A stretch of 64,000 nt of DNA from Candidatus Eiseniibacteriota bacterium (GTDB lineage: Bacteria > Eisenbacteria > RBG-16-71-46 > JASEGR01): NCBI GenBank assembly GCA_030017955.1, contig JASEGR010000001.1:13761-77760 (forward strand). The letters are read 5' to 3'. The translations under genes were made by a program, and so were the position numbers. Positions 19,284-29,391 of this stretch are shown here, in pieces. Position 1 is the first letter of the stretch. Every line of letters begins with the position of its first letter. The notes under the pieces were generated by a model. It was not told the origin of the DNA and made no database searches. It worked only from the letters and a program-made list of their open reading frames with translations.

Positions 19284-20435
19284 CTATCCGAACGATTTTC
19301 CCCGCACTCTCCCGGAGGAAACTCGCGAAACGCTCAAAATCATTCCTGTCGCCGCCAGGTTCATCGTGAGAGCCGATCCCCCATAGCTTATGAACGGGAG
19401 GGGAAGTCCTGTTGTGGGAGCAAGTCCGGTGGCAACAGCGATATTCAGTACAACATAAGCCATAACGCCAAAAGTCAGCGATGAGGCGAGCAAGAATCCG
19501 AATCTGTCGGGCGCCTTTGAAGCGATGGCGAATCCTCTTACCACCCACACGAGAAAGAGCAGGAGAACGATACTGGTGCCGACAAGGCCGACCTCTTCGC
19601 CAATGATTGAGAAGATGAAATCTGTGTGGAGTTCAGGCAAGAAGTGAAACTTCTGAATTCCTTGACCCAATCCTCGTCCAATGAGCCCGCCTGACCCAAG
19701 CGAGATTAGGGACTGTTTGAGCTGCCATCCTTTTTCAAGCAGATCACTTCCACCTTGGATGAAGCTGGTCAGCCGCGCCAGCTGATAGGGTTTGATGGTC
19801 AGGGCCGCGCCCCCGACCGAAGCCACTGCGACCAGGCCCAGGTGCCACGGCTTCGATCCGGCCACAAAGAGCACGGCACCCGCGGCCAGGGCAATCGCAG
19901 CCGCGCTTCCGAGGTCCGGCTGGCGAATGATAAGGCCGACGACCACTCCAACAAGAAGGATGCAGGGAAGAAATCCTTTTTTGAACGACTCTATCCTGGT
20001 TTCGCTCTTGCACAGGATCGTGGAAAGGACCATGAGAAGGGCAACTCTTGAAATCTCCGCAGGCTGCAGCTGGAAAAAGCCGAAATGCCTCCATCCTCTT
20101 GTTCCGTGTATCTTTTCTACTCCCGCACCCGGGATCAACAGCGATGCAAGAAGAATGATTGAGATCGCAAAAGCCGGCTTACTGAAAATCCGGAGCACCC
20201 TGTAGTCAATTGAAGCGAAAAAGGCCATGGCCATTATTCCAATCAATGCCCTCATGAGCTGTTTTTTCATGAAGAAGCTGGAGCTTCCGAATTTTTCATC
20301 CGCAATCACTGCGCTGGACGAGTAAACCATTATGAGTCCCACGCCGAGGAGAATCAGCGTAACGGCGAAAAGAGTAAGGTCGGGCCTTCCGAGGCCTTCC
20401 GTGTGTCTCAACGTTCCCTGGAGAAATCTCCTCAT
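19284..20435 (-). CDS. ftsW: Peptidoglycan glycosyltransferase FtsW (SEDS family)
   Basis: 383 aa. A polytopic membrane protein at the conserved dcw position between murD and murG. Confidence 0.88.
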   Translation of the reverse strand: MRRFLQGTLRHTEGLGRPDLTLFAVTLILLGVGLIMVYSSSAVIADEKFGSSSFFMKKQLMRALIGIMAMAFFASIDYRVLRIFSKPAFAISIILLASLLIPGAGVEKIHGTRGWRHFGFFQLQPAEISRVALLMVLSTILCKSETRIESFKKGFLPCILLVGVVVGLIIRQPDLGSAAAIALAAGAVLFVAGSKPWHLGLVAVASVGGAALTIKPYQLARLTSFIQGGSDLLEKGWQLKQSLISLGSGGLIGRGLGQGIQKFHFLPELHTDFIFSIIGEEVGLVGTSIVLLLFLVWVVRGFAIASKAPDRFGFLLASSLTFGVMAYVVLNIAVATGLAPTTGLPLPFISYGGSALTMNLAATGMILSVSRVSSGRVRGKSFG

Positions 20436-21898
20436 TCTTTTTTCTCCGCCATTATCTTCTCTTTCAGAGAAAGAAAGGCTTGCGCGAACTTCGCTCCCCT
20501 GTCTTCAAAATTCTTGAACATGTCGTAGCTGGCACAGCCGGGTGAAAGGATCACGACATCGCCCTTTTGTGCCAGTTCGAAGGCGACTTCGACGGCCTCG
20601 TTCATCGAGTTCGCCTGCGTCGACCGGACTCCGGGCCATGAGCTCCTGATTTTCTGTGAGGCCTCGCCCATGAGGACAACATGTCTCACATTCTTCTCAA
20701 CGAGCCCGGATACCTCGGCAAAGTTCCCGTCCTTGTCTCTTCCTCCTGCGATCAGCACCAATGGAGTTTTGAATGAAAGAAGAGCTTGCTTCATTGCATC
20801 TATGTTCGTGGCCTTTGAGTCGTTGACAAAGCTGACGCCTTCCAGTGAACCGACGTTCTGAAGCCTGTGCGGGAGCCCCTCAAATCCCGCGAGCGCAGAT
20901 TCTATCGAATCCAGACTCACTCCCATTGCAGCTGCAGCGCAAACTGCGGCCATTGCATTGGAAAGATTGTGCGGTCCTCTTATCGCAATCTTATCGACCG
21001 GAATCACAGTCTTGGTCTCTCCGTCAAAGTTCACCTTGAGATTTCCGGCTTCAACAAATGCTCCCTCTTCTCCGGCTTTATTCATTCCAAAATATAGGAC
21101 CCTGGATCTCAGCGAGCGCGAGGGGGTCCGTTGGGTTTCATCGTCCCTGTTTATTACAGCAAAATCCTCCTGCGTCTGGTTCTCAAAAAGTCTCATCTTC
21201 AATCTTAGGTATTCTTCAAAGCTCTTGTGTCGGTCAAGGTGGTCGGGCGTGACATTAAGAAGCACTCCAACACGGGGCTTCATGAATTTCATTGTCTCGA
21301 GCTGAAAGCTGGACACCTCGATGACCGCGATGCCGTCCGGCTCCAGTGAATCTGCGATGCCGGAAAAAGCCAGACCGACATTTCCTGCGACAACCGTCTT
21401 TCTCTTCGCACGCGAAAATATCTCACCGACCAGACTCACGCATGTGCTTTTGCCGTTCGTGCCGGTGACGCATACTGCCGGACATCTCAGAACTGAGAAC
21501 GCTATCTCCAGTTCGCCCAGAATCTCCTTGCCCGCCTTCTCTGCCTCCATGAGAATCGGTGAATATAGCGGCACCCCGGGGCTGGCCACGATAAACTCGA
21601 TGTCTCGCGGAATGTGGAAGTCCGGCCGGCCGCATATGATCGCGGCGCCTGATCTCTCAAGCGAGGAAAGCTCCGGATCAAGCTCATCTCTCTTCTTGAG
21701 GTCGGTTCCGATTACTGAGCATCCGTACCTAAGAAGCAGTTTGGACACGCCAATCCCGCTTCTTTGGAGCCCGACGACCAAGACGTTTTTCCCGGCAAAG
21801 AAAGGTTTGTTCATTGGAGTTTCAGGGTACTCAGCGTGACCAGGGCCAGAAGCGCTGCGACTATCCAGAATCTCACTACCACGCGTGATTCCGGCCAT
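20432..21898 (-). CDS. murD: UDP-N-acetylmuramoylalanine--D-glutamate ligase MurD
   Basis: VLVVGLQRSGIG and GTNGKST. The ORF-track start at 21898 overlaps mraY by 88 bp. The likely true start is the internal MNKPFF... at about 21814, which overlaps the mraY stop in an ATGA arrangement. Confidence 0.9.
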   Translation of the reverse strand: MAGITRGSEILDSRSASGPGHAEYPETPMNKPFFAGKNVLVVGLQRSGIGVSKLLLRYGCSVIGTDLKKRDELDPELSSLERSGAAIICGRPDFHIPRDIEFIVASPGVPLYSPILMEAEKAGKEILGELEIAFSVLRCPAVCVTGTNGKSTCVSLVGEIFSRAKRKTVVAGNVGLAFSGIADSLEPDGIAVIEVSSFQLETMKFMKPRVGVLLNVTPDHLDRHKSFEEYLRLKMRLFENQTQEDFAVINRDDETQRTPSRSLRSRVLYFGMNKAGEEGAFVEAGNLKVNFDGETKTVIPVDKIAIRGPHNLSNAMAAVCAAAAMGVSLDSIESALAGFEGLPHRLQNVGSLEGVSFVNDSKATNIDAMKQALLSFKTPLVLIAGGRDKDGNFAEVSGLVEKNVRHVVLMGEASQKIRSSWPGVRSTQANSMNEAVEVAFELAQKGDVVILSPGCASYDMFKNFEDRGAKFAQAFLSLKEKIMAEKKE

Positions 21899-22896
21899 CC
21901 CATGAGCTCGAAATGGTGATGAAGGGGCGCCATCTTGAAAACCCGTTTCCCCCTTGTCTTGAACGCAATCACCTGGATTATCACCGAAAGCACTTCAGCC
22001 ACGAAGATTCCTCCTACTATTGCAAGCAGCAGCTCTTTCTTGATGAGAACCGCCATGACACCAATGGAACCTCCGAGGGCGAGTGATCCGGTATCCCCCA
22101 TGAACACGTCCGCAGGATGGCAGTTGAACCAGAGAAATCCGAGCGCTGCACCAACAACTGCTGCGCCGAAAACAGTCAACTCTCCGCACCCATTGAGATA
22201 AAGGATATTGAGATATCCCGAAAACTTCACATGGCCGCTCAGGTACGCAATCCCTCCAAGGGCGACTCCTACAAATGCAACGAGCCCTGAGGCGAGGCCA
22301 TCCAGGCCGTCTGCGAAGTTCACCGCATTTGAGGAGGCCGTGATAACAAGAGCGACGAATGGAATATAGAAGATGCCGAAGTCAATAATCACATCCTTCA
22401 GGAAAGGAACCGACGTTATCGATGGCTCTACGGACTGGGCCGGCCGGAAGTAGAGAATGCTGCCTATCAAGAGTCCAAGTATCACCTGTCCCAGGAACTT
22501 ATATCTCGCGGTCAAACCTTTTCTGTATTTCTTCACTACCAGAAGATAGTCGTCGAGAAACCCAAGAGCTCCGAGCCAGACAGTCGCAAGAAGAGCAAGA
22601 AGGACATACTGATTTGAAAGGTTGCCCCAGAGAAGTGTCGGCACGACAATCGAAGTGACTATCAGTATACCTCCCATCGTCGGCGTGCCTTCTTTCAGAA
22701 GGTGCGTCGATGGGCCGTCTTTTCTTATGCTCTGTCTTATCTGGAATTGCCTGAGTCTCTTGACAACGAACGGTCCAAGAAGAAAACTCAGGAGGAGAGC
22801 TGTGATGGCGGCGTATGCAGAACGAACCGTAATGTATCTGAAAACATTGAGGACAGATATATATTCATGCAGCGGATAGATTAGATGGTAGAACAT
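21811..22896 (-). CDS. mraY: Phospho-N-acetylmuramoyl-pentapeptide transferase MraY
   Basis: 361 aa polytopic membrane protein with NAVNFADGLDGLA and HHHFE motifs. Confidence 0.92.
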   Translation of the reverse strand: MFYHLIYPLHEYISVLNVFRYITVRSAYAAITALLLSFLLGPFVVKRLRQFQIRQSIRKDGPSTHLLKEGTPTMGGILIVTSIVVPTLLWGNLSNQYVLLALLATVWLGALGFLDDYLLVVKKYRKGLTARYKFLGQVILGLLIGSILYFRPAQSVEPSITSVPFLKDVIIDFGIFYIPFVALVITASSNAVNFADGLDGLASGLVAFVGVALGGIAYLSGHVKFSGYLNILYLNGCGELTVFGAAVVGAALGFLWFNCHPADVFMGDTGSLALGGSIGVMAVLIKKELLLAIVGGIFVAEVLSVIIQVIAFKTRGKRVFKMAPLHHHFELMGWPESRVVVRFWIVAALLALVTLSTLKLQ

Positions 22897-22897
22897 C

Positions 22898-24316
22898 CTA
22901 TTTCGCGACCTTCGCTTTGTTCACCATACGGTTTGCCTTCAGCCCTTTAAAGACCTCCTCGAGTTTCATTCCCCGCGAACCCTTGATAAGAAGCAGATCT
23001 CCGGACGCGAGAGCCGGCTTGAGCAAATTCAATGCCTCTTCCCTTGTCTCCACAGTCTTGATTCTTGAAGAGGGCATGCCCTTCGCCTCGGCTCCCTCCC
23101 TGATATGGAGCGAAAACTCCCCGATAGCGTAGAGCTCGTCGAGAAAAGCCGCTCTTTCTCCGATTTCTTTGTGCAAACTGCCGGATGCCTCTCCAAGCTC
23201 AAGCATGTCGCCGAGAAGAGCAACTTTCTTGCCCCTAACTTCAATCTCCCTGATTGTCTCAAGGGCGAGCGAAACCGAAACTGGATTTGCGTTGTAGGAG
23301 TCGTTGATTATCCGGATCCCGCCAACCTCCTCAAGTTCCATTCTTCCGGGCATTGGCTTCATCGACGCAATCGCCCTCGCGAATTCAGCGTCGGAGATTC
23401 CCATGAGTTTCGATACTGCGAGCGCGGCAAGCGAATTCGAGATGTTTCCCTTGCCCAAAAGAGGGACATAGTAAGCGGCGCCGTCCTCCACCTCAATCTC
23501 GTAGCCGGCCCCCTTCTGTGTGAATCTCTTCAGCCGGAATTGCGAAGGTCTGTCCAGCGAGAAAGTGATTTTCCGCAAGTTCCATTTCTCGTTCTCTTTC
23601 ACGAGCTGGGGAAAGTCTGCATTCAGCACCAGTGTGCCGCCGCTTTCCACATATTCACCGAGCTCGCTCTTTCCCTTCACAATTTCATCAACCGAACCTG
23701 CGTCTCTCAGATGCGCTGCCCCGACGTTTGTTATGACGCCGACCGAGGGCCTGGCAATTTCTGCCAGCCTCCTGATTTCCCCTCTCCTGCTCATTCCAAG
23801 CTCGAGCACCGCTGTCGAGTGCTCTAAGCTGAGCCCGAGAAGAGTCAGTGGAACCCCAATATGGTTATTGAGGTTGCCCTCGGTCTTCAGCACTTTTCCC
23901 TTTTGTCCAAGGCATGCGGCTATCATCTCTTTTGTGGTTGTCTTTCCGTTCGTGCCTGTGACTGCCACAAGCGGCAGCTTGAATTTTCTTCTGTGGAAGG
24001 ATGAGAGCTCCTGAAGACTCGCCAGCGTGTCCCCGGACGGGATGAGCAGCCGGTCTGCCAGAGAGTCTCCTTCTTTTCTGAACCATTCCAGAGAGCAGAC
24101 AGCCGCCGCTGCGCCCTTCTGAAATGCCTCCGGTATGAAGTCGTTACCGTCGAAGCTTGGGCCTTTGAGTGCAAAGAAGATTTCCCCTCTTTTCAATGTC
24201 CTCGTGTCGATTGAGAAGCCCGTAAAGACAGTCTGCCTGCCTCTCCCGGAATCCGTCACCTTCCCGCGCAGATATGCCTCAAGCCGGGTGCCGTCCAGAA
24301 CGTCTTTCAAAGTCAA
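22898..24316 (-). CDS. murF: UDP-MurNAc-tripeptide--D-alanyl-D-alanine ligase MurF
   Basis: 472 aa. VAVTGTNGKTTTKEMIA. It lies between murE and mraY. Confidence 0.9.
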   Translation of the reverse strand: MTLKDVLDGTRLEAYLRGKVTDSGRGRQTVFTGFSIDTRTLKRGEIFFALKGPSFDGNDFIPEAFQKGAAAAVCSLEWFRKEGDSLADRLLIPSGDTLASLQELSSFHRRKFKLPLVAVTGTNGKTTTKEMIAACLGQKGKVLKTEGNLNNHIGVPLTLLGLSLEHSTAVLELGMSRRGEIRRLAEIARPSVGVITNVGAAHLRDAGSVDEIVKGKSELGEYVESGGTLVLNADFPQLVKENEKWNLRKITFSLDRPSQFRLKRFTQKGAGYEIEVEDGAAYYVPLLGKGNISNSLAALAVSKLMGISDAEFARAIASMKPMPGRMELEEVGGIRIINDSYNANPVSVSLALETIREIEVRGKKVALLGDMLELGEASGSLHKEIGERAAFLDELYAIGEFSLHIREGAEAKGMPSSRIKTVETREEALNLLKPALASGDLLLIKGSRGMKLEEVFKGLKANRMVNKAKVAK

Positions 24317-25821
24317 TTTCTTTTCCCTGATCCCTTCTTCTCGAATCCGAGTTCCTTCAGAATTTCTGCAGCGGCCTCCCTATCATCGAAGCGGCGCCGC
24401 TCGGTGCCGACAATCTGGTAGTCCTCATGTCCTTTCCCTGCTATCAGAACCACGTCGCCTTTCCGGGCCATCTTGATCGCCCTCTCAATCGCGGCTTTTC
24501 TGTCCTCTATCTTCTCGAACTTCGCTTTTGAGCCGGCAAATCCCTTTTCGATTTCACTCATTATCGCAGACGGATCCTCTGTCCTGGGATTGTCGGACGT
24601 TATGACGGAGTAGTCTGCGTGCGCGGATGCCAGTCGCCCCATGATCTCCCTCTTTCCCCTGTCCCTGTCACCACCGCAGCCGAAAACGCAGATGATCTTT
24701 CCCTTCCAGATCTCTCTTGACGTCTTCAGGAGTCCTTCAAGGGCATCAGGCGTATGGGCATAATCAATGACCACGGCGAACTCCTGCCCCTTCTCGACTC
24801 TATCCATCCTTCCTTTCACGCCTTCCGCCTTCTCGATGCCATTCTTTATGCTTCCGGGTGAGAATCCAAGCAGAAGCCCGGTCCCAAATGCAGCCAGGCA
24901 GTTGTACACATTGAACATTCCAACAAGAGGAGAGCAAACGGTTTCAATTCCCTGTTGAAACTCGGCCTTGAATCTGATTCCTTTCTCGCCAAGCTCGATG
25001 TTCTTTGCCTTTACCCATGAGCCGTCTTTTGTCCCGAACGTGAAGACGGGAATCGAGCTCTGTTCGAGGAAGAACGTGCCGTACGGATCATCCTTGTTGA
25101 CAAGCCCCTTGGCACCCTCCTTGAATTTCGTGAATTCCCTCTTGAACAATCTCAGTTTTGCATCCGCATATTCTTCAAAGGACCCGTGGAAATCAAGATG
25201 ATCGCGGGTAAGATTTGTGAAAACACAGACATCAAACTCGGTCTCAAGTGTTCTTCCCAGGTAAAGACCGTGCGATGAGATCTCGGCGACGGCAGCTCTC
25301 CCGCCTGAGTCAAGGATTTCCCTCAGTGTCCTCTGAAACTCGACGGACTCTGGAGTGGTATGGAGAGCGGTTTTCTCATTCCCGGCATACTTGTATCCCA
25401 CAGTTCCTATGATTCCTGTTCTGAAGCCGTTCTCCTCAAAGATTGATGCCACAATGTGAGAGGTCGTGGTTTTCCCGTTTGTTCCGGTGATTCCCACGAC
25501 TGAAAGCTCCTTCGATGGTTCGCCAAAGAAGGTGGAAGAAAGAAGAGGAAGGGCGAGCCTCGTGTCGGGCACAATGACAAGCGTCCCGGCCAGTCCCTGC
25601 ATTTCCTCCTCGCATACAATCGCCAGGGCGCCCTTCTTGTCCGCATCGGCGGCGAAAAGATGACCGTCCGCATGGGCGCCTCTCATGCAAACGAAGACAT
25701 CGCCCGGCTGCACTGCCCTGGAGTCTATGGAGATTCCAGTGATGGTTTTCCCCAGCGCACCGATGTGTTTTTTCTGGGGAAGAACCCTGATCAGGCTTTC
25801 GAGCGATATCTGCCTTGTCAT
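24313..25821 (-). CDS. murE: UDP-MurNAc-L-Ala-D-Glu--2,6-diaminopimelate ligase MurE
   Basis: 502 aa. GITGTNGKTTTSHIV and the C-terminal DNPRTEDP. Confidence 0.9.
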   Translation of the reverse strand: MTRQISLESLIRVLPQKKHIGALGKTITGISIDSRAVQPGDVFVCMRGAHADGHLFAADADKKGALAIVCEEEMQGLAGTLVIVPDTRLALPLLSSTFFGEPSKELSVVGITGTNGKTTTSHIVASIFEENGFRTGIIGTVGYKYAGNEKTALHTTPESVEFQRTLREILDSGGRAAVAEISSHGLYLGRTLETEFDVCVFTNLTRDHLDFHGSFEEYADAKLRLFKREFTKFKEGAKGLVNKDDPYGTFFLEQSSIPVFTFGTKDGSWVKAKNIELGEKGIRFKAEFQQGIETVCSPLVGMFNVYNCLAAFGTGLLLGFSPGSIKNGIEKAEGVKGRMDRVEKGQEFAVVIDYAHTPDALEGLLKTSREIWKGKIICVFGCGGDRDRGKREIMGRLASAHADYSVITSDNPRTEDPSAIMSEIEKGFAGSKAKFEKIEDRKAAIERAIKMARKGDVVLIAGKGHEDYQIVGTERRRFDDREAAAEILKELGFEKKGSGKRN

Positions 25822-27899
25822 TCTTCACATCCCAGGCAGCAGACCGTGCCTGCCAAAGCTTCCGTCCCGGGCATGGGATCTTGTCTTACCACTATCCCGC
25901 TTCCATGTATCTCGGAAGCCAGGAGCGAATCGCTGAGGACTCTTGTTGCCTCTCTCAATGAAAGGCCTCTGACGTCGGGAATCCGGAAAAGCCTCTTTCC
26001 TTCATCAAGCAGCGTCAGTGTTATCTCCGCCTTTGGCTCCAGGACCTCGCCAGGATGAGGCGACTGAGTCCAGACTCTCCTTCCTGCGCCGGCCATTTTC
26101 ACCTTCAGCCCAAGGTCCTCAAGAATCGCTTTTCCTTCCTGCCATTCCATGAACCTCACGTCAGGGACCACGGCTCTTCCCTTCTTCTCGTCGCTGGAAT
26201 CGAGAACGAGCCGCGCATATCCGGGTTTGACCGGGGTGAGTGGAAAGCGTCCTATGACTTCAACGATGCCCTTGAAAATGGGCGCTGCAACACTGCCCCC
26301 GTAGTGAATGTCTTGCGGCTCGTCAATGATGACAAGACAAAGAAGCTCCGGCGAGTCTGCAGGAATGAATCCTATGAACGAGCTCACGTACTGGCCGCTC
26401 CCATACCCCCCGTTTGCCGGATCATATTTCTGGGCAGTCCCGGTCTTTCCTCCACAGCTGATCCAGGAAAGGCCTGCGCCGGTGCCCGTTCCGTACTCAA
26501 CGGCTGACTTCAGGCAATCTCTGAGCGTCGCCGCAACTTCTTCCGAAATGACTCTTCTTACTCTCTGAGGCCTCCACTTTTTTACTGTGTTTCCTTTTTC
26601 ATCAACGATGGCTTTCATCAGAGTCGGTTTGAGCAGCACCCCGCCGTTTGCAATGGCGCCATAAGCCATGGCAAGCTGAACTGCCGTCACCGAGATTTCC
26701 TGGCCTATCGACAGAGTACAGAGTGACCTGGCCGACCAATCCGCAAGCGGCCTCACCTTTCCGAAGGCCTCGCCCGGGAGCTGGAGTCCCGTGGGTGAGC
26801 CGAAACCAAAAGCCCTCGTGTAGCGGTAAAGTCCCTCCTTGCCGACCTTGAGCCCTATTTTGGCAAGGCAGATGTTGCTGGAGAGCGCCACGGCATCCCT
26901 GAAACTCAGCCACCCATGAGGTTTCGAATCGTGGATCGTGTATCCGCCGAAATCCTTCTCACCGCCCTCCCCATCAAATCTGGAAAACGTGTCGCACACG
27001 CCAAGCGACAATGCTGCCGAAGCTGCTACCACCTTGAATGTCGAGCCTGGTTCAAACTGGTCTGAGACCGGAATATTCCGGGAAGGCACACGGGAGCTTC
27101 CCGGGTTTGCGTCTCCATTCGGACCAGGCTCGCTTGCCATCGCAAGTATCTCTCCGGTCTTTGGAGCCAGGAGGATGACCGTGCCGCCCCTGGCGTTGTG
27201 CTTAAGAATGCCCTCGGTGAGCTTCGCCTCAACCATTGCCTGGTAGTTCGCGTCAATTGTAAGAATTACGTCGTATCCCTTGGCAGGAGGGCGCTCATAG
27301 CTCCGCGGAAGCGGGAACTTCTTTCCCGTCACGTCGGTGAACAGGGTCACCCAGCCGGGGGTTCCCTTCAGGAACCTGTCCATCTCACACTCAATACCTT
27401 CGATACCTTTCCCGTCAGTGTCGGTGGACCCAACCAGCATCACTGCAAGGTTGCCGGTCGGATAGACTCTCTTCATCTCATCCATGCAATAGACTTGTTC
27501 CAGATTCTTGGCAGCGACCTTCCTTTCCACGCTGGGCGGAAACTGCCTTGCCAGCCATGCAAATTTTCCCCCGTTCGAGAGTTTCTCAAGGAGCTCTCCT
27601 TCCGGAATCTGGAGGATCTCAGAGAGACACTTCGCCGTTCTTCGCTTGTCTTTTATCTTTGATGGATTGGCCGAGACAGATATGGTTCTCAGGTTCTCGG
27701 CGAGCGGACGGTCATTTCTGTCGAAGATTCTTCCGCGGGGAGCAGGAATTTCTACCCTTTTGATCTGCTGAATTTCGGCGAGCCTCGAAAGATATTCATG
27801 CTGAATAATCTGAATGAAGAAAAGCCTGGCAAGGAGTACTGCCCAGAGAACCAGAGTTGCGACAAGCCCTATTAAGATTCTTCTTTGACCTTTCTCCAA
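25818..27899 (-). CDS. ftsI: Division-specific transpeptidase FtsI (class B PBP) with two C-terminal PASTA domains
   Basis: 693 aa. N-terminal TM anchor; SxxK (STFK), SSN and KTGTA motifs; the C-terminus carries two VPDVRG...Q.P.PG repeats (PASTA pattern). Confidence 0.88.
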   Translation of the reverse strand: MEKGQRRILIGLVATLVLWAVLLARLFFIQIIQHEYLSRLAEIQQIKRVEIPAPRGRIFDRNDRPLAENLRTISVSANPSKIKDKRRTAKCLSEILQIPEGELLEKLSNGGKFAWLARQFPPSVERKVAAKNLEQVYCMDEMKRVYPTGNLAVMLVGSTDTDGKGIEGIECEMDRFLKGTPGWVTLFTDVTGKKFPLPRSYERPPAKGYDVILTIDANYQAMVEAKLTEGILKHNARGGTVILLAPKTGEILAMASEPGPNGDANPGSSRVPSRNIPVSDQFEPGSTFKVVAASAALSLGVCDTFSRFDGEGGEKDFGGYTIHDSKPHGWLSFRDAVALSSNICLAKIGLKVGKEGLYRYTRAFGFGSPTGLQLPGEAFGKVRPLADWSARSLCTLSIGQEISVTAVQLAMAYGAIANGGVLLKPTLMKAIVDEKGNTVKKWRPQRVRRVISEEVAATLRDCLKSAVEYGTGTGAGLSWISCGGKTGTAQKYDPANGGYGSGQYVSSFIGFIPADSPELLCLVIIDEPQDIHYGGSVAAPIFKGIVEVIGRFPLTPVKPGYARLVLDSSDEKKGRAVVPDVRFMEWQEGKAILEDLGLKVKMAGAGRRVWTQSPHPGEVLEPKAEITLTLLDEGKRLFRIPDVRGLSLREATRVLSDSLLASEIHGSGIVVRQDPMPGTEALAGTVCCLGCEE

Positions 27900-27940
27900 G
27901 GCACAACTTCCTTCTGTGTCGAAATTGCATGAAAGAATTC

Positions 27941-28381
27941 TTACTTCTGTCTTGCTCTTGCGCCAGCCGGGACAAAGAGAAACTCTGTTATCTTCCTTTG
28001 GGCAGCTGCCAGTAGGCCGGTTGCCGGATGTTCAGTGGGCCTTTCTCTATCAATGATGTCACCCGGCAGGTCAACTATCTGAGTAAGCTCAGGCTCGCTG
28101 AGACCAAACATGGAAAAGGCAAGAGGCTCAACAGAAACCCTGGATAGTTTTTCGCCAAGAGAAATCTCGAGAAGGTTTGCCGCAGATTGAAGTTTCTCAA
28201 CTTCGTTCCGGGACTTATACACCTCCCTTGTGAGTTCGCTCACATGAAGGTTCTCCCAGACATACGAGAAAACAAAGGAAAATACCAAGAGGCCGATGAC
28301 AACCCACCCCCTGGTAGTCTCAGGCGGGAAGCGAAACCGTCTTTTCCCGATGCCGGGGATTGGCCTCATGAAACGTTCCAA
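27941..28381 (-). CDS. ftsL: Cell division protein FtsL-like (single TM plus coiled coil)
   Basis: 146 aa. TM helix WVVIGLLVFSFVFSYV followed by the leucine-zipper-like LTREVYKSRNEVEKLQSAANLLEISLGEKL. It lies between rsmH and ftsI. Confidence 0.7.
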   Translation of the reverse strand: MERFMRPIPGIGKRRFRFPPETTRGWVVIGLLVFSFVFSYVWENLHVSELTREVYKSRNEVEKLQSAANLLEISLGEKLSRVSVEPLAFSMFGLSEPELTQIVDLPGDIIDRERPTEHPATGLLAAAQRKITEFLFVPAGARARQK

Positions 28382-28383
28382 GA

Positions 28384-29331
28384 CTATTTCCTCCTTGCCG
28401 CCCTGAGTCTCGCGCTCCTGGCCCTCGGGTTCGCCGCGACCTCCCGAGCATCAGGTTTCACTGCCCTTGGAGTAAGCACTGTGAAGGTGGCATCTACGGG
28501 AACCGTACCAAGAAGAAGAGCTCGCCTTTCTGGAAGGATGCCTCTCACGAATTCCTTTACCATCCTGTCCTCAAGTGAATGATAAGAGATGACGACCAGC
28601 ATTCCTCCGCTTCGGAGAAGTTTCCCGGCCGCCTCCAGCCCGGCCTTGAGTGAGATCAATTCCTGGTTCACTTCAATCCTCAGTGCCTGAAAGACTCTTC
28701 CAAGAAACGATCTTGTGGCCCCCGGTCCGAATCTTCTCTTGAGAATCTGAACCAGTTCCAGAGTCGTATCAATCCCGGCTCGCTTCCTTGCCTCCTCGAT
28801 TGTTTTTGCGATGATCCGCGATTCCTTAAGTTCCCCGTAATTCCTCAGAGTCGCGGCCAGTTCGTCCACACTGTACTCATTCACTATTTGGGAGGCAGTC
28901 ACGCTTCGCTTCCGCGAGAAGCGCATGTCAAGCGGACCGTCTTTCTCATAACTGAAACCCCTTTCGCCGGTGTCAACGTGATATGAAGACAGGCCGAGAT
29001 CGAACAGAATTCCGGCCACATTTTCAGCGCCAACAAGCGGAGCGAGGTCAAGAAGGTCACCAAAGTTCTTCTCAAGAAGCTTTACCCTGTCCCCAAATCG
29101 CAGCAGTCTCAGTGATGCCCTCTCTATGGCCTCGGAATCAGCATCAAGTCCGTAGAGACTGCCCTCAGGCCCAAGTTCCTCAAGCAGTCTCTCCGCATGT
29201 CCACCGTCTCCCACCGTACAATCAACATAAATTCCACTTGGGTCGGTGAGCAAGAAGCCGAGAGCCTCACCGACCATCACTGGCCTGTGAAAGCCAGAAC
29301 CGGGCGGGCTACCCTGATCTGTCGTTTTCAA
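28384..29331 (-). CDS. rsmH: 16S rRNA (cytosine1402-N4)-methyltransferase RsmH (MraW)
   Basis: 315 aa. YVDCTVGDGGHAERLLE and the SAM-binding region. Confidence 0.92.
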   Translation of the reverse strand: MKTTDQGSPPGSGFHRPVMVGEALGFLLTDPSGIYVDCTVGDGGHAERLLEELGPEGSLYGLDADSEAIERASLRLLRFGDRVKLLEKNFGDLLDLAPLVGAENVAGILFDLGLSSYHVDTGERGFSYEKDGPLDMRFSRKRSVTASQIVNEYSVDELAATLRNYGELKESRIIAKTIEEARKRAGIDTTLELVQILKRRFGPGATRSFLGRVFQALRIEVNQELISLKAGLEAAGKLLRSGGMLVVISYHSLEDRMVKEFVRGILPERRALLLGTVPVDATFTVLTPRAVKPDAREVAANPRARSARLRAARRK

Positions 29332-29391
29332 ACCTGGCGAGACCTCAAACGAAAAGGCCTTTCCAGAGTTCTTCTGCCGTGATCGTCCAAG

